Shown here piece by piece: positions 10,020-19,770 of a stretch of DNA of 33,040 bases. Each line of letters begins with the position of its first letter. Position 1 is the first letter of the stretch. The notes below the pieces were generated by a model. That model had not been told where the DNA came from, did no database searches, and saw nothing but the letters and a program-made list of their open reading frames with translations. This DNA is from Fidelibacterota bacterium (GTDB lineage: Bacteria; Fidelibacterota; Marinisomatia; Marinisomatales; UBA2128): NCBI GenBank assembly GCA_046861645.1, contig JBHHUM010000022.1, positions 1 through 33,040 on the forward strand, in the 5' to 3' direction. A program made the translations under genes and the position numbers.

Positions 10020-11297
10020 TCATTCAAAGGTTTTAGTAAAAACAGTTGATGACGCTTTACTTAACCAGTTTACAAAAATATCTGATTTTTTCTTTTCTAA
10101 GGCATAGGATTCAATTTGAGTCCAGTGATCTTCTAAAGTTGGAACGCCACCTGGTCGAACATCAATAACAGCTAAGATTACATATGCAGTTTCCACCCAG
10201 ACAGGATCAGAAACCTCTTTCAACGGTAAGGAAGGCAATAGGTGTTCCAACCCCGGATAAGGAAGGCTAGAGATATCTCGATAACCCAAACGCCCCCCTA
10301 GCTTCTTTGAAGATTTATCGTCTGAATATTGAGTTGCATAAACAGCTAAATCCTTGGTATTGTGAATACTATCAGCAAGAGATTTAGCTAAAGTGTATAC
10401 GCTATCTTCATCGGCTTCGCTGGGTTGCGGAATTAACAGGATATGTCTGGTGTTAATTTTTTCACCCATGCGACCAATCGTTTGAATAATATGATAGCCA
10501 AAGGGGGTTTCGACGACATCGCTAATTTCTCCATCTGACAAATTGATGGCAATTTCCTCATATTCAGGAACAAGGGTTCCTCTTGCTGTAAAACCAAGCT
10601 CTCCACCATTTTTTGCCGAACCCGGATCTTGACTGAACTGTTTAGCAAGAGAGGCAAAATCTTCCCCTCCTAGTATTCGACTACGCAGATTTTTAAGTTT
10701 TTCTATAGTCTTTTGTTTTGTTGTCCACCCTGGTGTAATCGTCAAATGAAGCCATTGCAAATCGTAAAGCTCAGGAAGAACACCAAGGCTATCTTTATAC
10801 TCAGAAAAAAACTTTTCAACCTCCTTTCTTGATATCACAATGTCAGAGAGCATCTGGGATTGAAAGCGCTCAACAATTAATTGATCGCGAATTTCAGGCC
10901 AGAGTTGTCTTTTTAGTTCACGTAGAGATTTACCAAATATATCCTCGATTTTTTCCTCGGAGCCGACACGTGATACTACGGAAGCCACATGAAGATCAAG
11001 GGCAGCATCAACTTCTTGTTTACTTACGACAACACTCTCTGCTTCGGCAATGCTGAGAACTATTTTTTGATCGATGAGAGATTGCAGAACATTTTGTGTG
11101 AGCTCCACTAACTGTGGGCTGTCACCCTGAGGATCAAGGCCATTGTTAAGGGCCGACATCTGAACTATTTGAGCCACTTCACTTTTTAGTATTATTTTTT
11201 CTCCTACAATAGCAGCAATACCGTCAAGGGCTTGTTGCCCGAAGTACATGTTAAAGTTTAACAAACAGGTTAAGATAAAAAACACGAACTTTTTCAT
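10020..11297 (-). CDS. surA: SurA-type periplasmic chaperone/peptidyl-prolyl isomerase
   Basis: Signal peptide, LDGIAAIVGEKIILKSE SurA N-domain, parvulin motifs FASLAKQFSQDPGSAKNGGELG, VETPFGYHII, RHILL. Confidence 0.85.
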   Translation of the reverse strand: MKKFVFFILTCLLNFNMYFGQQALDGIAAIVGEKIILKSEVAQIVQMSALNNGLDPQGDSPQLVELTQNVLQSLIDQKIVLSIAEAESVVVSKQEVDAALDLHVASVVSRVGSEEKIEDIFGKSLRELKRQLWPEIRDQLIVERFQSQMLSDIVISRKEVEKFFSEYKDSLGVLPELYDLQWLHLTITPGWTTKQKTIEKLKNLRSRILGGEDFASLAKQFSQDPGSAKNGGELGFTARGTLVPEYEEIAINLSDGEISDVVETPFGYHIIQTIGRMGEKINTRHILLIPQPSEADEDSVYTLAKSLADSIHNTKDLAVYATQYSDDKSSKKLGGRLGYRDISSLPYPGLEHLLPSLPLKEVSDPVWVETAYVILAVIDVRPGGVPTLEDHWTQIESYALEKKKSDIFVNWLSKASSTVFTKTFE

Positions 11298-12103
11298 TGA
11301 ATGCTTCCTTCGAGAAGAGTGTCGTTTATATAAATTTCGGACGTTGCTGCTAAACTGTCTATTAATGATATATATATTTCTTTACGTTTGGATAAATAGA
11401 TCATTGTTGAAATGTCATCGTATACCTCGTCCAGGCTGATAAAAGTTCCTGTTTTATAACGATCAATTATGTGGCAAACGTGAAAACCGAACTCTGTTTT
11501 AATAGGTCCCACAACAATACTATTTCCCTTGAATATGGCATCATTAAGTCCTGCAATTAATTCGCCATCACACACAACGGCTACCTGCGAATGATAGTTG
11601 TTAAGGATATCACCATGAGCAGAAACACCATCTTTTTTCAGCCTTTGTATTAATTGACTGGCTTCCTTATTTGTTCCAGCAACAACGGAAAATATCCGTG
11701 CGCATGGCTTTTTTCTCTTAAAGGTTGATAAGTTATTTTGATAGTAATCTCTAACCTCACTTGGTGTGACACTAATTTTTTCATCTACTGCCTTTTCAAC
11801 GAGTTGTTGTGCCCCAACAACATCCTTTACAGACAGGATACCCAACCTTTTTTTGATGTTTAACCCTGTTTTTTTTCTATATTGATTTAGGAGTTGATTT
11901 TCAACCCATATTTTTATCATCTTTTTCCAGTTTGCATTGTCCACAAAACTTTTTTGGAATTTATTTATTTTTATTGTTTTATTTCCCACTCGGGCTAAAA
12001 CCCGATTTTTTTCTGTATTAATATCCCTTTTTTGACAACCTGTTGAGCAAAATACAAATAAAAAAATCAAAACTATTACTTTGGTTGTTGTATTATTATT
12101 CAT
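11294..12103 (-). CDS. PpiC/parvulin-like peptidyl-prolyl isomerase family lipoprotein (divergent)
   Basis: Lipobox-like STGC, VLARVGNKTI, EVRDYY..N...F, GPIKTEFGFHV; ATGA overlap with surA. Confidence 0.7.
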   Translation of the reverse strand: MNNNTTTKVIVLIFLFVFCSTGCQKRDINTEKNRVLARVGNKTIKINKFQKSFVDNANWKKMIKIWVENQLLNQYRKKTGLNIKKRLGILSVKDVVGAQQLVEKAVDEKISVTPSEVRDYYQNNLSTFKRKKPCARIFSVVAGTNKEASQLIQRLKKDGVSAHGDILNNYHSQVAVVCDGELIAGLNDAIFKGNSIVVGPIKTEFGFHVCHIIDRYKTGTFISLDEVYDDISTMIYLSKRKEIYISLIDSLAATSEIYINDTLLEGSIQ

Positions 12104-12163
12104 AACGTAGCAAATTACTTAGTCTAGTATAAAATAAGCAAGGAGTGATTATGATTATTACAA

Positions 12164-14026
12164 CTACGGAATTGCCCGGGCAGCACCTTGATTAGCAAAT
12201 AAAATGATAGATAATGCGGCAATATCAGAAGGAGTAACACCAGAAATACGAGAGGCTTGGCCCAGAGTTTCTGGCTTCACCATGCTAAGCTTTTCCCGGG
12301 CCTCAATAGATAATGCGTTACAAGATTGGTAATGAAAACCCTTGGGTATTAACATGTAATCACTCTGAAGAATGCGGGAGAGAAGTTTTTCTTGGCGGCG
12401 CACATAAGGAGCATATATAATAGTTGCATCTATCTCATCAAAGAGAAGATGAGGATGAGTAAGAGTAAGTTCGGCAGGTATAGTTAAGGCACTATTTTCA
12501 AAAAGAGATGGTGATAGATTTTTAAGATGACGGGGGTTTTTCAGTTTTTTATCAGGACCAGAAGTCTTGACAGAGTTAAAATTTGTATGATTGGAGGAAA
12601 ACAAGTTGTCTAAGAATTTTTGTCTTTTACGAACCAGTGAATAAATATTGTCGGGCAATAAACCAATTGCCCTTCCTAAGGAGGACAATCTTCTGTCGGA
12701 GTTTGTGATACGTAAGGAAAGGCGATGTTCAGCACGAGAAGTAAACATGCGATAGGGCTCATCTACATCTTTTGTAATAAGGTCGTCAACTAAGACCCCA
12801 ATATAGGCTTGGTCTCGGCGTAATATAACTGGAGAACGCCCCAACGATTGATGTGCCGCGTTGATACCAGCTAAAATACCTTGAGCAGCAGCCTCTTCGT
12901 AACCGGACGTTCCATTGATTTGACCGGCCAAGTAAAGACCACTAATGTTCTTTGTTTCAAGTGTAGATTTTAGTTGTGATGGAGGAACAAAGTCATATTC
13001 TATGGCATAACCAGGGCGAAAAAACGCTACGTTTTCAAGCCCCCTAATAGTTCTTAGTGCTTTAAGTTGCACATTTGCAGGAAGACTTGTAGAAAAGCCA
13101 CCAGCATAAATTTGTTTAGAATTACACCACTCCTCCTCAAGGATAATTCTGTGGGAGGGTCGATCGGAAAACCGCACTATTTTATCTTCGATAGAGGGGC
13201 AGTACCTGGGACCAACAGCAGATATTTGACCTGAGTACATAGGAGAAGAGAGTATGTTATCCTCTATGAATGAATGTGTGATTTTATTAGTAAGAGCAAT
13301 CCAGGAGGGTCGATTGGGGGGAGAAAATTGTTTTGTGTGTAATGATAACTGTTGCGGTGGTTCGTCTCCCCACACCTTTTTAAGTATTGATAAATTAATG
13401 GTTGACTTTTTAAGTCGCGGTGGGGTCCCCGTTTTTAATCTACCAACACGAAAGCCCAACTGCTTTAGTGAAGCAGTAATACCAGTAGATGATTCTTCTC
13501 CCATCCTCCCAGCCGGTGAACGTACAGGACCAATGTGTATTACACCACGTAGAAAAGTGCCACAGGTAACGATGACGGCAGATGAATACAATACCTCCCC
13601 AGAAAACAGCTTAATACCAGTACATTTACCACCCCGGCAAAGTATTTGTGATGCCTCGTCTTCAATAACAGTAATGTTTTTTGAGCTGAATATTTTTTTA
13701 GCAACAATACTTTCATATTTTCTTTTGTCGACCTGAACCCGTGGTGCCCTTACGGCTAAACCCTTTGATTTGTTCAGGATTTTAAATTGAACTCCAGAAC
13801 GATCTGTAGCTGTAGCCATAAGGCCACCTAAAGCATCAATTTCACAAACTAAATGACCCTTTGCAATTCCACCAACCGCTGGATTACAAGACATTCTAGC
13901 AATGGACCGAGCATCTAGTGTAACGAGAGCTACACTACACCCTAATGTTGCCGGGGCCAGGGCAGATTCTACGCCGGCATGTCCACCACCCACAACAATA
14001 ACATCAAATTCGTAACTGTTACTCAT
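12164..14026 (-). CDS. mnmG: tRNA uridine-5-carboxymethylaminomethyl(34) synthesis enzyme MnmG (GidA)
   Basis: [70 protein letters not shown]. Confidence 0.97.
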   Translation of the reverse strand: MSNSYEFDVIVVGGGHAGVESALAPATLGCSVALVTLDARSIARMSCNPAVGGIAKGHLVCEIDALGGLMATATDRSGVQFKILNKSKGLAVRAPRVQVDKRKYESIVAKKIFSSKNITVIEDEASQILCRGGKCTGIKLFSGEVLYSSAVIVTCGTFLRGVIHIGPVRSPAGRMGEESSTGITASLKQLGFRVGRLKTGTPPRLKKSTINLSILKKVWGDEPPQQLSLHTKQFSPPNRPSWIALTNKITHSFIEDNILSSPMYSGQISAVGPRYCPSIEDKIVRFSDRPSHRIILEEEWCNSKQIYAGGFSTSLPANVQLKALRTIRGLENVAFFRPGYAIEYDFVPPSQLKSTLETKNISGLYLAGQINGTSGYEEAAAQGILAGINAAHQSLGRSPVILRRDQAYIGVLVDDLITKDVDEPYRMFTSRAEHRLSLRITNSDRRLSSLGRAIGLLPDNIYSLVRKRQKFLDNLFSSNHTNFNSVKTSGPDKKLKNPRHLKNLSPSLFENSALTIPAELTLTHPHLLFDEIDATIIYAPYVRRQEKLLSRILQSDYMLIPKGFHYQSCNALSIEAREKLSMVKPETLGQASRISGVTPSDIAALSIILFANQGAARAIP

Positions 14027-14029
14027 CTT

Positions 14030-14045
14030 TGTTTCACGTGAAACA
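14030..14045. promoter_or_regulatory. parS: parS centromere site (ParB-binding)
   Basis: Perfect 16-bp palindrome TGTTTCACGTGAAACA in the 19-bp mnmE-mnmG gap. Confidence 0.93.
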
Positions 14046-15422
14046 CTATTTACCTATACAAAATTCACCAAAAATTTTGTCTAAAATTTCATCGGTTGTT
14101 GTTTTACCAAGAATAGTATCAAGATGTGAAAGTGAAATTCTTAAATCAGTGAGTATAGTATCTATAGTAGTTCCTGTAGAAAGAGAAGTGAGGGCATTGT
14201 TAAGTGAGACGATTGTGTTTTTGATTTCAGTTTCGTGTCTTTTATTAGTTAATAGTGGCTGGTCTGTTGAAATATCGGAGACTAATAAATTTTTTATAGC
14301 TGATAAAAGAATAGAAAGGTTAAAGCCGGTTTTAGCTGAAACGAAAACATGATCAACGTTGTTAGGTATTAATGGTCTATGGGAAGAATCAACCAGATCG
14401 ATCTTGTTTAATACAAGGATGAAAGGAGATTTAAATGGAGGGTTGTGAATACATTTTGTAAGAATGTCTGTAGGTGTAAGTGCCTCCCAAACCCAAAGAA
14501 CAAGGTCAGCAGTGTTGATATAGTCTTGGGCAATCTCAACGCCACGAGCTTCAACAGGAGACCCTGAAAACCGAATACCAGCAGTATCCACAAACTTGAT
14601 GGGTACACCATCTGTCTCGTAGAAAGCATCAATAGCATCTCTAGTGGTACCTGCTTCATGAGACACAATAACTCTGTTTTTCTGTAGGAGAGCATTTAAA
14701 AGGGAAGATTTACCGACATTAGGATTACCACTGATTACAACTGTTGCACCCAACTGATAGATGTGTCCTGAGTCAAAAGTGCTAAGAAGTGAGGATAACC
14801 TGTTTTTTAAAGTAGAAATTTTTGTTGTCCAAACCTCGTGCGTAGTAAAATTTATTTCATCCTCAAGAAAATCTAGTTCTGCCTCCATGTGTGAAATAGT
14901 CAAAATCAGGTTTTCGCGTATGTCAGTAATTTCGTTGGAAAGTATTCCCTTAAGCGCAGCAGCACTAAAGCGCTGGGATTTTTCAGTTTTTGCTCTAATT
15001 AGATCAGCAATTGCTTCTGCCTGAGTAAGATCAATTTTACCATTTAAAAAAGCTCTTTTTGTAAATTCTCCTGGAGGTGCAGGCACAGCTCCTTGGTGTA
15101 GACAGGAAGACAGGATACTCTTTGGAGTAGATAAACCACCGTGACAAGAAATGTCAGCTACATCTTCACCAGTATATGAGAGGGGGCTTTTATAGAAAGT
15201 GATAACGGTTTCATCGAGGAGATTCCCTGATGAATTATAAATACTCGTAAGTGCAGCCTTACCATGATGGAAGAAAGAGGAGGGTTTGTGTGTAATTGAA
15301 GAGAGAATAGGAAGAGTCTTCGGTCCTGTTAACCTAATAATTGCTAAAGCACTGATTCCAGGTGGTGTTGCTTGTGCAACGATAGTCGGAATAACCCCCA
15401 GTGGGGACAGGGAGGTTGTCAT
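14046..15422 (-). CDS. mnmE: tRNA modification GTPase MnmE (TrmE)
   Basis: [57 protein letters not shown], terminal FCIGK. Confidence 0.97.
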   Translation of the reverse strand: MTTSLSPLGVIPTIVAQATPPGISALAIIRLTGPKTLPILSSITHKPSSFFHHGKAALTSIYNSSGNLLDETVITFYKSPLSYTGEDVADISCHGGLSTPKSILSSCLHQGAVPAPPGEFTKRAFLNGKIDLTQAEAIADLIRAKTEKSQRFSAAALKGILSNEITDIRENLILTISHMEAELDFLEDEINFTTHEVWTTKISTLKNRLSSLLSTFDSGHIYQLGATVVISGNPNVGKSSLLNALLQKNRVIVSHEAGTTRDAIDAFYETDGVPIKFVDTAGIRFSGSPVEARGVEIAQDYINTADLVLWVWEALTPTDILTKCIHNPPFKSPFILVLNKIDLVDSSHRPLIPNNVDHVFVSAKTGFNLSILLSAIKNLLVSDISTDQPLLTNKRHETEIKNTIVSLNNALTSLSTGTTIDTILTDLRISLSHLDTILGKTTTDEILDKIFGEFCIGK

Positions 15423-17119
15423 TTTCCTTTTGTTAGAGTGGCAGGGGGGGGCGATTTTATCATATATTTCTGTTGAAAAATTGTTAAGAGATTAAAGCAA
15501 GTATAGTAGAGGTTTAATCCAGAGGGGAAGCTATAAAAAATAATGAGAAAGAACCCGTTCATTATATACATAAAGGATTTCTGTTGAGAGGGGGATTGTA
15601 CTGACATGGTCTTTTGCTGATATATCATGGTGGCGCCCATTAGAATCGGAAGAACATTAAAAGTATTCCATCCTAAAAACGGTATTGTAAATGGAAGGTT
15701 GAAGAGTTGATCGGGTTGTGAAAGGTCAGAAATCCAGAGAATGAAAGGAGCACCTCTAAACTCAATTGTTGAACGAAAAACAGTAAAGAGAGCAATAAGT
15801 ATTGGCATCTGTAACAACATTGGTAGGCACCCTCCAAGGGGGTTGACGCCATGCTCTTTGTAAAGTTTCATCGTTTCTTGGTTTAAGCGCTGGGGGTCTC
15901 CTTTATATTTTTGTCTAAGTTCTGTAATAAGTGGCTGGATGGCTTGCATTTCTTTAGTGGATTTGTAGCTTTTTCTAGTTAAGGGGTGTAACAAAACTTT
16001 CACAAGTATTGAAAAAACAATTAATAAGACCCCATAATTTGGGATTATTGAATATAAGTTTGTAAGTATCCAGAGAATGCTCTTACCTATGGGACGTATT
16101 GGGGACCAACCTAGACTCATGGTTTGTTCCAAACCAACCCCCAAATCAGTAAGCAAGTCATATCTCAGTGGGCCAAGGAAGATATTTGTCTCGGCTTGGC
16201 TACCGTAAAACCCAAGTTGAGCATTGAACTGTGAAGTTTCTCCTGTCTTGGTTGTAGAGATTTCACCTAGAGGGGCTCCACCTTCAGGAATTAGAGCCGA
16301 GATAAAATATTTGGTTCTAACAGCAGCCCAAGCCGTTTGTGCTTTACTACCGATTGATTTATCTTCACTGTTGCTTAATTTGAATATTTCCCCGCCTTGA
16401 TAAAGTATAGCTCCTAAATAGGTAATGTCGTCTTTTACGTTTTTTTCGGTGAAAGGGAGTCCACCTGACCACAGTAGATGTATTTCAGGTGTAACAGAGC
16501 CCGAAACAACCTCAGCATCTACAGAAATAAGATATGAGTTTGGAAGGAAAGTTAATTTCTTTATCGCACGTATACCGCTTGGAAGATCATTAAAGTAGTA
16601 AGTAAGTGTGAGGGGTTCTCTTTTAACTTGGAGTACTTCACCTCCCCTATAATCCTCAAGTGAAAAAACTGAGGTAAGAGTATCAACTGAAGCCCCAAGC
16701 CTGATAGCCAACAATGGGTTGCCTCCATTTTGGTTTGTATCAACAAGATCAACTTTACCACCGTTCCAAAAGTCATAATTATTTAGTAGAAATGACTGTA
16801 GGGTACCACCTCCTCGAGACGAGACCGTTGCTGTATAGAGATCTGTTTCAATGGTGATAATGGCTTCAGGTATGGAATCGGGTTTAGCAGGAAAAGTCTG
16901 GGTACCAAGCGGAGTGTGAGCAACGAAGCTTTTCGGGGTGGTCGTCTCCTGAATTTTGGTTGTGCTATTCCTATGGTTGATGATATCATTTTGAGAAGGT
17001 TCTCCTGTGGTCTCCTCAAGGGGTCTATCCTTAACAAGCCCAATCATTCTATAGTATTCGGGCATTAAGATTAAGATGAGGGCGATCAGGAGAAAAGCTA
17101 AAACAGTATTTTTATTCAT
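15419..17119 (-). CDS. yidC: Membrane protein insertase YidC
   Basis: Start moved to ATG 17119 (MNKNTVLAFLLIALIL), just after the yidD stop. NYGVLLI, GVNPLGGCLPMLLQMP, WISDLSQPD, PSGLNLYY. Confidence 0.95.
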   Translation of the reverse strand: MNKNTVLAFLLIALILILMPEYYRMIGLVKDRPLEETTGEPSQNDIINHRNSTTKIQETTTPKSFVAHTPLGTQTFPAKPDSIPEAIITIETDLYTATVSSRGGGTLQSFLLNNYDFWNGGKVDLVDTNQNGGNPLLAIRLGASVDTLTSVFSLEDYRGGEVLQVKREPLTLTYYFNDLPSGIRAIKKLTFLPNSYLISVDAEVVSGSVTPEIHLLWSGGLPFTEKNVKDDITYLGAILYQGGEIFKLSNSEDKSIGSKAQTAWAAVRTKYFISALIPEGGAPLGEISTTKTGETSQFNAQLGFYGSQAETNIFLGPLRYDLLTDLGVGLEQTMSLGWSPIRPIGKSILWILTNLYSIIPNYGVLLIVFSILVKVLLHPLTRKSYKSTKEMQAIQPLITELRQKYKGDPQRLNQETMKLYKEHGVNPLGGCLPMLLQMPILIALFTVFRSTIEFRGAPFILWISDLSQPDQLFNLPFTIPFLGWNTFNVLPILMGATMIYQQKTMSVQSPSQQKSFMYIMNGFFLIIFYSFPSGLNLYYTCFNLLTIFQQKYMIKSPPPATLTKGK

Positions 17120-17127
17120 GGCACTAT

Positions 17128-17346
17128 TTAAGCTGGATCGTAACCGCCTTTTGACCAAGGGTGGCAGCTTAATAAGCGTCTTATGGAGAGTATAATAGCT
17201 TTGAAAGGACGGTATTTTGTTAGGGAGTCGATTGCATACTGGGAACAAGTGGGTTCATATCTGCAAGAAGGGGGAAAGAGTGGTGAAAGTAAGGTTTGAT
17301 AGACTTTGATTGTTGTGATGAGTAAAGTAGCAATAATTTTTCTCAA
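17128..17346 (-). CDS. yidD: Membrane protein insertion efficiency factor YidD
   Basis: YQ..LSPLFPPSCRYEPTCSQYA, RLLSCHPWSKGGYDP. Start uncertain (TTG 17346 or TTG 17427). Confidence 0.92.
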   Translation of the reverse strand: MRKIIATLLITTIKVYQTLLSPLFPPSCRYEPTCSQYAIDSLTKYRPFKAIILSIRRLLSCHPWSKGGYDPA

Positions 17347-17434
17347 TAGAGTACGACAATGTCCTTCGTTTAAGCTTGAAGAGAGGACACCACTTTTTGG
17401 CTTTTGAGTTGGTGAAGATATGTACAAGGAAAAA

Positions 17435-17569
17435 TTAAGAAGAAAGGCGTTTTCGCCCCTTTTGTCGCCGTCTTTTTATGATGTTACGTCCACTTGGCGT
17501 CGACATTCTAGCCCGAAAACCATGTTTGTTTTTTCTCTTTCGGTTGCTTGGTTGATATGTACGTTTCAT
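17435..17569 (-). CDS. rpmH: 50S ribosomal protein L34
   Basis: Not in the ORF track; hand translation [44 protein letters not shown], with GGAG RBS. Confidence 0.97.
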   Translation of the reverse strand: MKRTYQPSNRKRKNKHGFRARMSTPSGRNIIKRRRQKGRKRLSS

Positions 17570-17714
17570 TATTTTACTCCGTTACTGCGGCGAAGTTAGG
17601 AAATGTTTAGAACGCAACCAATGAAATAGTAAACGAGGAAAAATTGTTGATCTTTTGGCAAAATAGGGTTAGGAATAAGTAGTTTCACGACAATAAATTA
17701 AGACACAACCCCAC

Positions 17715-17734
17715 TGTGGACAACTTGTGAACAA
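17715..17734. promoter_or_regulatory. Tandem DnaA boxes immediately upstream of dnaA
   Basis: TGTGGACAA-ct-TGTGAACAA, each one mismatch from the TGTG(G/A)ATAA consensus, ending 6 nt before the ATG. Confidence 0.7.
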
Positions 17735-17740
17735 CTTTTG

Positions 17741-19093
17741 ATGGATAGGCTAGATTTAGTTTGGAAAAATATTTCAGGCGCTGTACGTGCTTCAGTCACC
17801 GAACAGACATATGCTACTTGGTTTGAGCCACTGCATCCGGTTGCTATTACAGATTTTGAACTTACCATAGAAGTTCCTAGTAAGTTCTATTACGAATGGA
17901 TAGATAGCCACTATAAAAGTATAATTTTAGATGCCCTCAAAGCAGAGACGGGCAGTAATATAGATTTAAATTATAGAATCGCTGGCAAAAGCAGCCAGGT
18001 TCTATCACAAAGTAAGGAGATCGTTAACAACATAAAATATAATGGTTATGTTAGGGATTATGACCAGGGCAGTAAGTTAAACAGGAGATACAATTTCGAT
18101 TCGTTTGTTGAAGGACCAAATAATCAATTTGCCAGGGCCGCAGCATTGTCAGTAGCGAAATCTCCTGGCCAATCTTCTTTCAATCCATTACTGATCTATG
18201 GGGGTGTAGGACTTGGTAAAACACACCTTATGCAGGCTATCGGCAATGAAGTGATATCTGGCTTTGGTAACAGGAGGGTTCAATATACCACGAGTGAAAA
18301 GTTCACGATTGATTTTGTTTCTGCCATAAAGAATAATAGGACATCCGAATTTTCGGCCCGGTATCGTCAGAGCGATGTTCTCCTTGTAGATGACGCACAG
18401 TTTCTGCAAAAAAAGGAGCAAACTCAAGAGCAGTTTTTTCACACCTTTAATGAACTTTATCAGCGAGGAAAGCAGATAGTCCTTACGACAGACCGTCACC
18501 CGAGTGAGCTGTATGGTTTGAAGGACCGTTTAGTCTCACGTTTCCAGTCGGGACTGATAGTGGATATTCAAAAACCATCCTTGGAGACTAGAATTGCAAT
18601 ACTACAAAGTAAGGCTGAACAAGACAATCTGAAGATACCCGATGAGATTACAGAATTCATCGCAACCAATATTAAAGACAATATAAGAGTAATGGAAGGA
18701 GCTCTTATCAAGTTGCTTGCCTATTCATCGCTTTTCAATACTGATGTTACGATGGAACTGGCCAGGAAAGCATTGAAGGAAACACTGGGAAGAGATGAAA
18801 TTTCAAGCTTGAATATAGAAGATGTTATCCGTGGTGTGAGCGGAGCAACAAACATTCCTGAGAATAAGTTAATTGGTAGGGGCAGAACGATGGAGGTGGC
18901 TCAAGCGAGGCAAATTGCCATGTTTCTTTGTCGGGAATTTGTGGGTGCCTCCCTGGAAAACATCGGGCTTCATTTTGGGGGACGCGACCACTCTACGGTG
19001 ATCCATGCCTGCCGAACCGTAGAAAAAAGAATGGTAGAAGACAACACTTTTAATCTCAAAGTGCAGGGCGTCCGCGCCAGAATAGGCGCCTGA
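17741..19093 (+). CDS. dnaA: Chromosomal replication initiator DnaA
   Basis: YATWF, FNPLLIYGGVGLGKTHL (Walker A), LLVDD, QEQFFHTFN, RLVSRF, FGGRDHSTVIHA. ATG 17741 (TTG 17738 also in frame). Confidence 0.98.
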   Translation: MDRLDLVWKNISGAVRASVTEQTYATWFEPLHPVAITDFELTIEVPSKFYYEWIDSHYKSIILDALKAETGSNIDLNYRIAGKSSQVLSQSKEIVNNIKYNGYVRDYDQGSKLNRRYNFDSFVEGPNNQFARAAALSVAKSPGQSSFNPLLIYGGVGLGKTHLMQAIGNEVISGFGNRRVQYTTSEKFTIDFVSAIKNNRTSEFSARYRQSDVLLVDDAQFLQKKEQTQEQFFHTFNELYQRGKQIVLTTDRHPSELYGLKDRLVSRFQSGLIVDIQKPSLETRIAILQSKAEQDNLKIPDEITEFIATNIKDNIRVMEGALIKLLAYSSLFNTDVTMELARKALKETLGRDEISSLNIEDVIRGVSGATNIPENKLIGRGRTMEVAQARQIAMFLCREFVGASLENIGLHFGGRDHSTVIHACRTVEKRMVEDNTFNLKVQGVRARIGA

Positions 19094-19161
19094 AGATTAT
19101 CACAGATACCATTAGTATTAGTGTTAAGGTCTAAGTAGATTATATACACAACCTGTACACC

Positions 19162-19758
19162 ATGTTTTTAACCAAGAGACAAAAGGAAGTTCTTGATTAT
19201 CTCAAGGGATATGTTTCCCAAAATGGCTATGCTCCAACATTTAATGAAATAGCAGTTGAGTTTGGTTTTAGCTCTAAAGGTACAGTGTACAAGCATATTA
19301 AAGCTCTACGGGAAAAGGGTCTGATACACCACGAATGGAATAAAACCCGTGCCATAGAGATACCGAAAGATAGTGGAAGTCTGTCTAACCTTCCTGTATT
19401 GGGTACTGTGGCAGCAGGTATTCCAATTGAAGCTATAGAAAACCCTGAGTCTCTTGATGTTCCAAGTTCTTTCCTTCGTAGGGGAGAACATTACGTGCTG
19501 AAGGTAAGTGGTGATTCCATGATAGATGAACACATAGCAGATGGAGATTATATTATTGTGAAAAAACGTGGAAGCGCTGAAAACGGGGAGACTGTAATCG
19601 CTCTGGTTGATAATAATGAAGTTACTATTAAGAGGTACTACCATCGAGGGAGTGAAGTGGAGCTTCGACCGGCAAATGAATTAATGGAAGCTCTTGTCCT
19701 TGATCCTGATCGTGTTCAGATTCGAGGGGTAGTTGTGGGGGTGATGAGAAAATACTAA
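19162..19758 (+). CDS. lexA: SOS repressor LexA
   Basis: LTKRQKEVL, GYAPTFNEIA HTH, VAAG cleavage site, catalytic Ser (GDSM) and Lys (VTIKR). Confidence 0.95.
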   Translation: MFLTKRQKEVLDYLKGYVSQNGYAPTFNEIAVEFGFSSKGTVYKHIKALREKGLIHHEWNKTRAIEIPKDSGSLSNLPVLGTVAAGIPIEAIENPESLDVPSSFLRRGEHYVLKVSGDSMIDEHIADGDYIIVKKRGSAENGETVIALVDNNEVTIKRYYHRGSEVELRPANELMEALVLDPDRVQIRGVVVGVMRKY

Positions 19759-19770
19759 AGAGGGGGAATA

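Noticed and set aside
14029..14352. 107-aa plus-strand ORF beginning MFHVKH
   Set aside because: MFHVKH is just the translation of the parS palindrome, and the ORF is antisense to mnmE.
17120..17248. 43-aa N-terminal extension of YidC in the ORF track
   Set aside because: Overlaps yidD; ATG 17119 gives the typical YidC N-terminal TM segment.
17681..17696. Second parS-like site AGTTTCACGACAATAA
   Set aside because: Five mismatches; only one half-site is intact.
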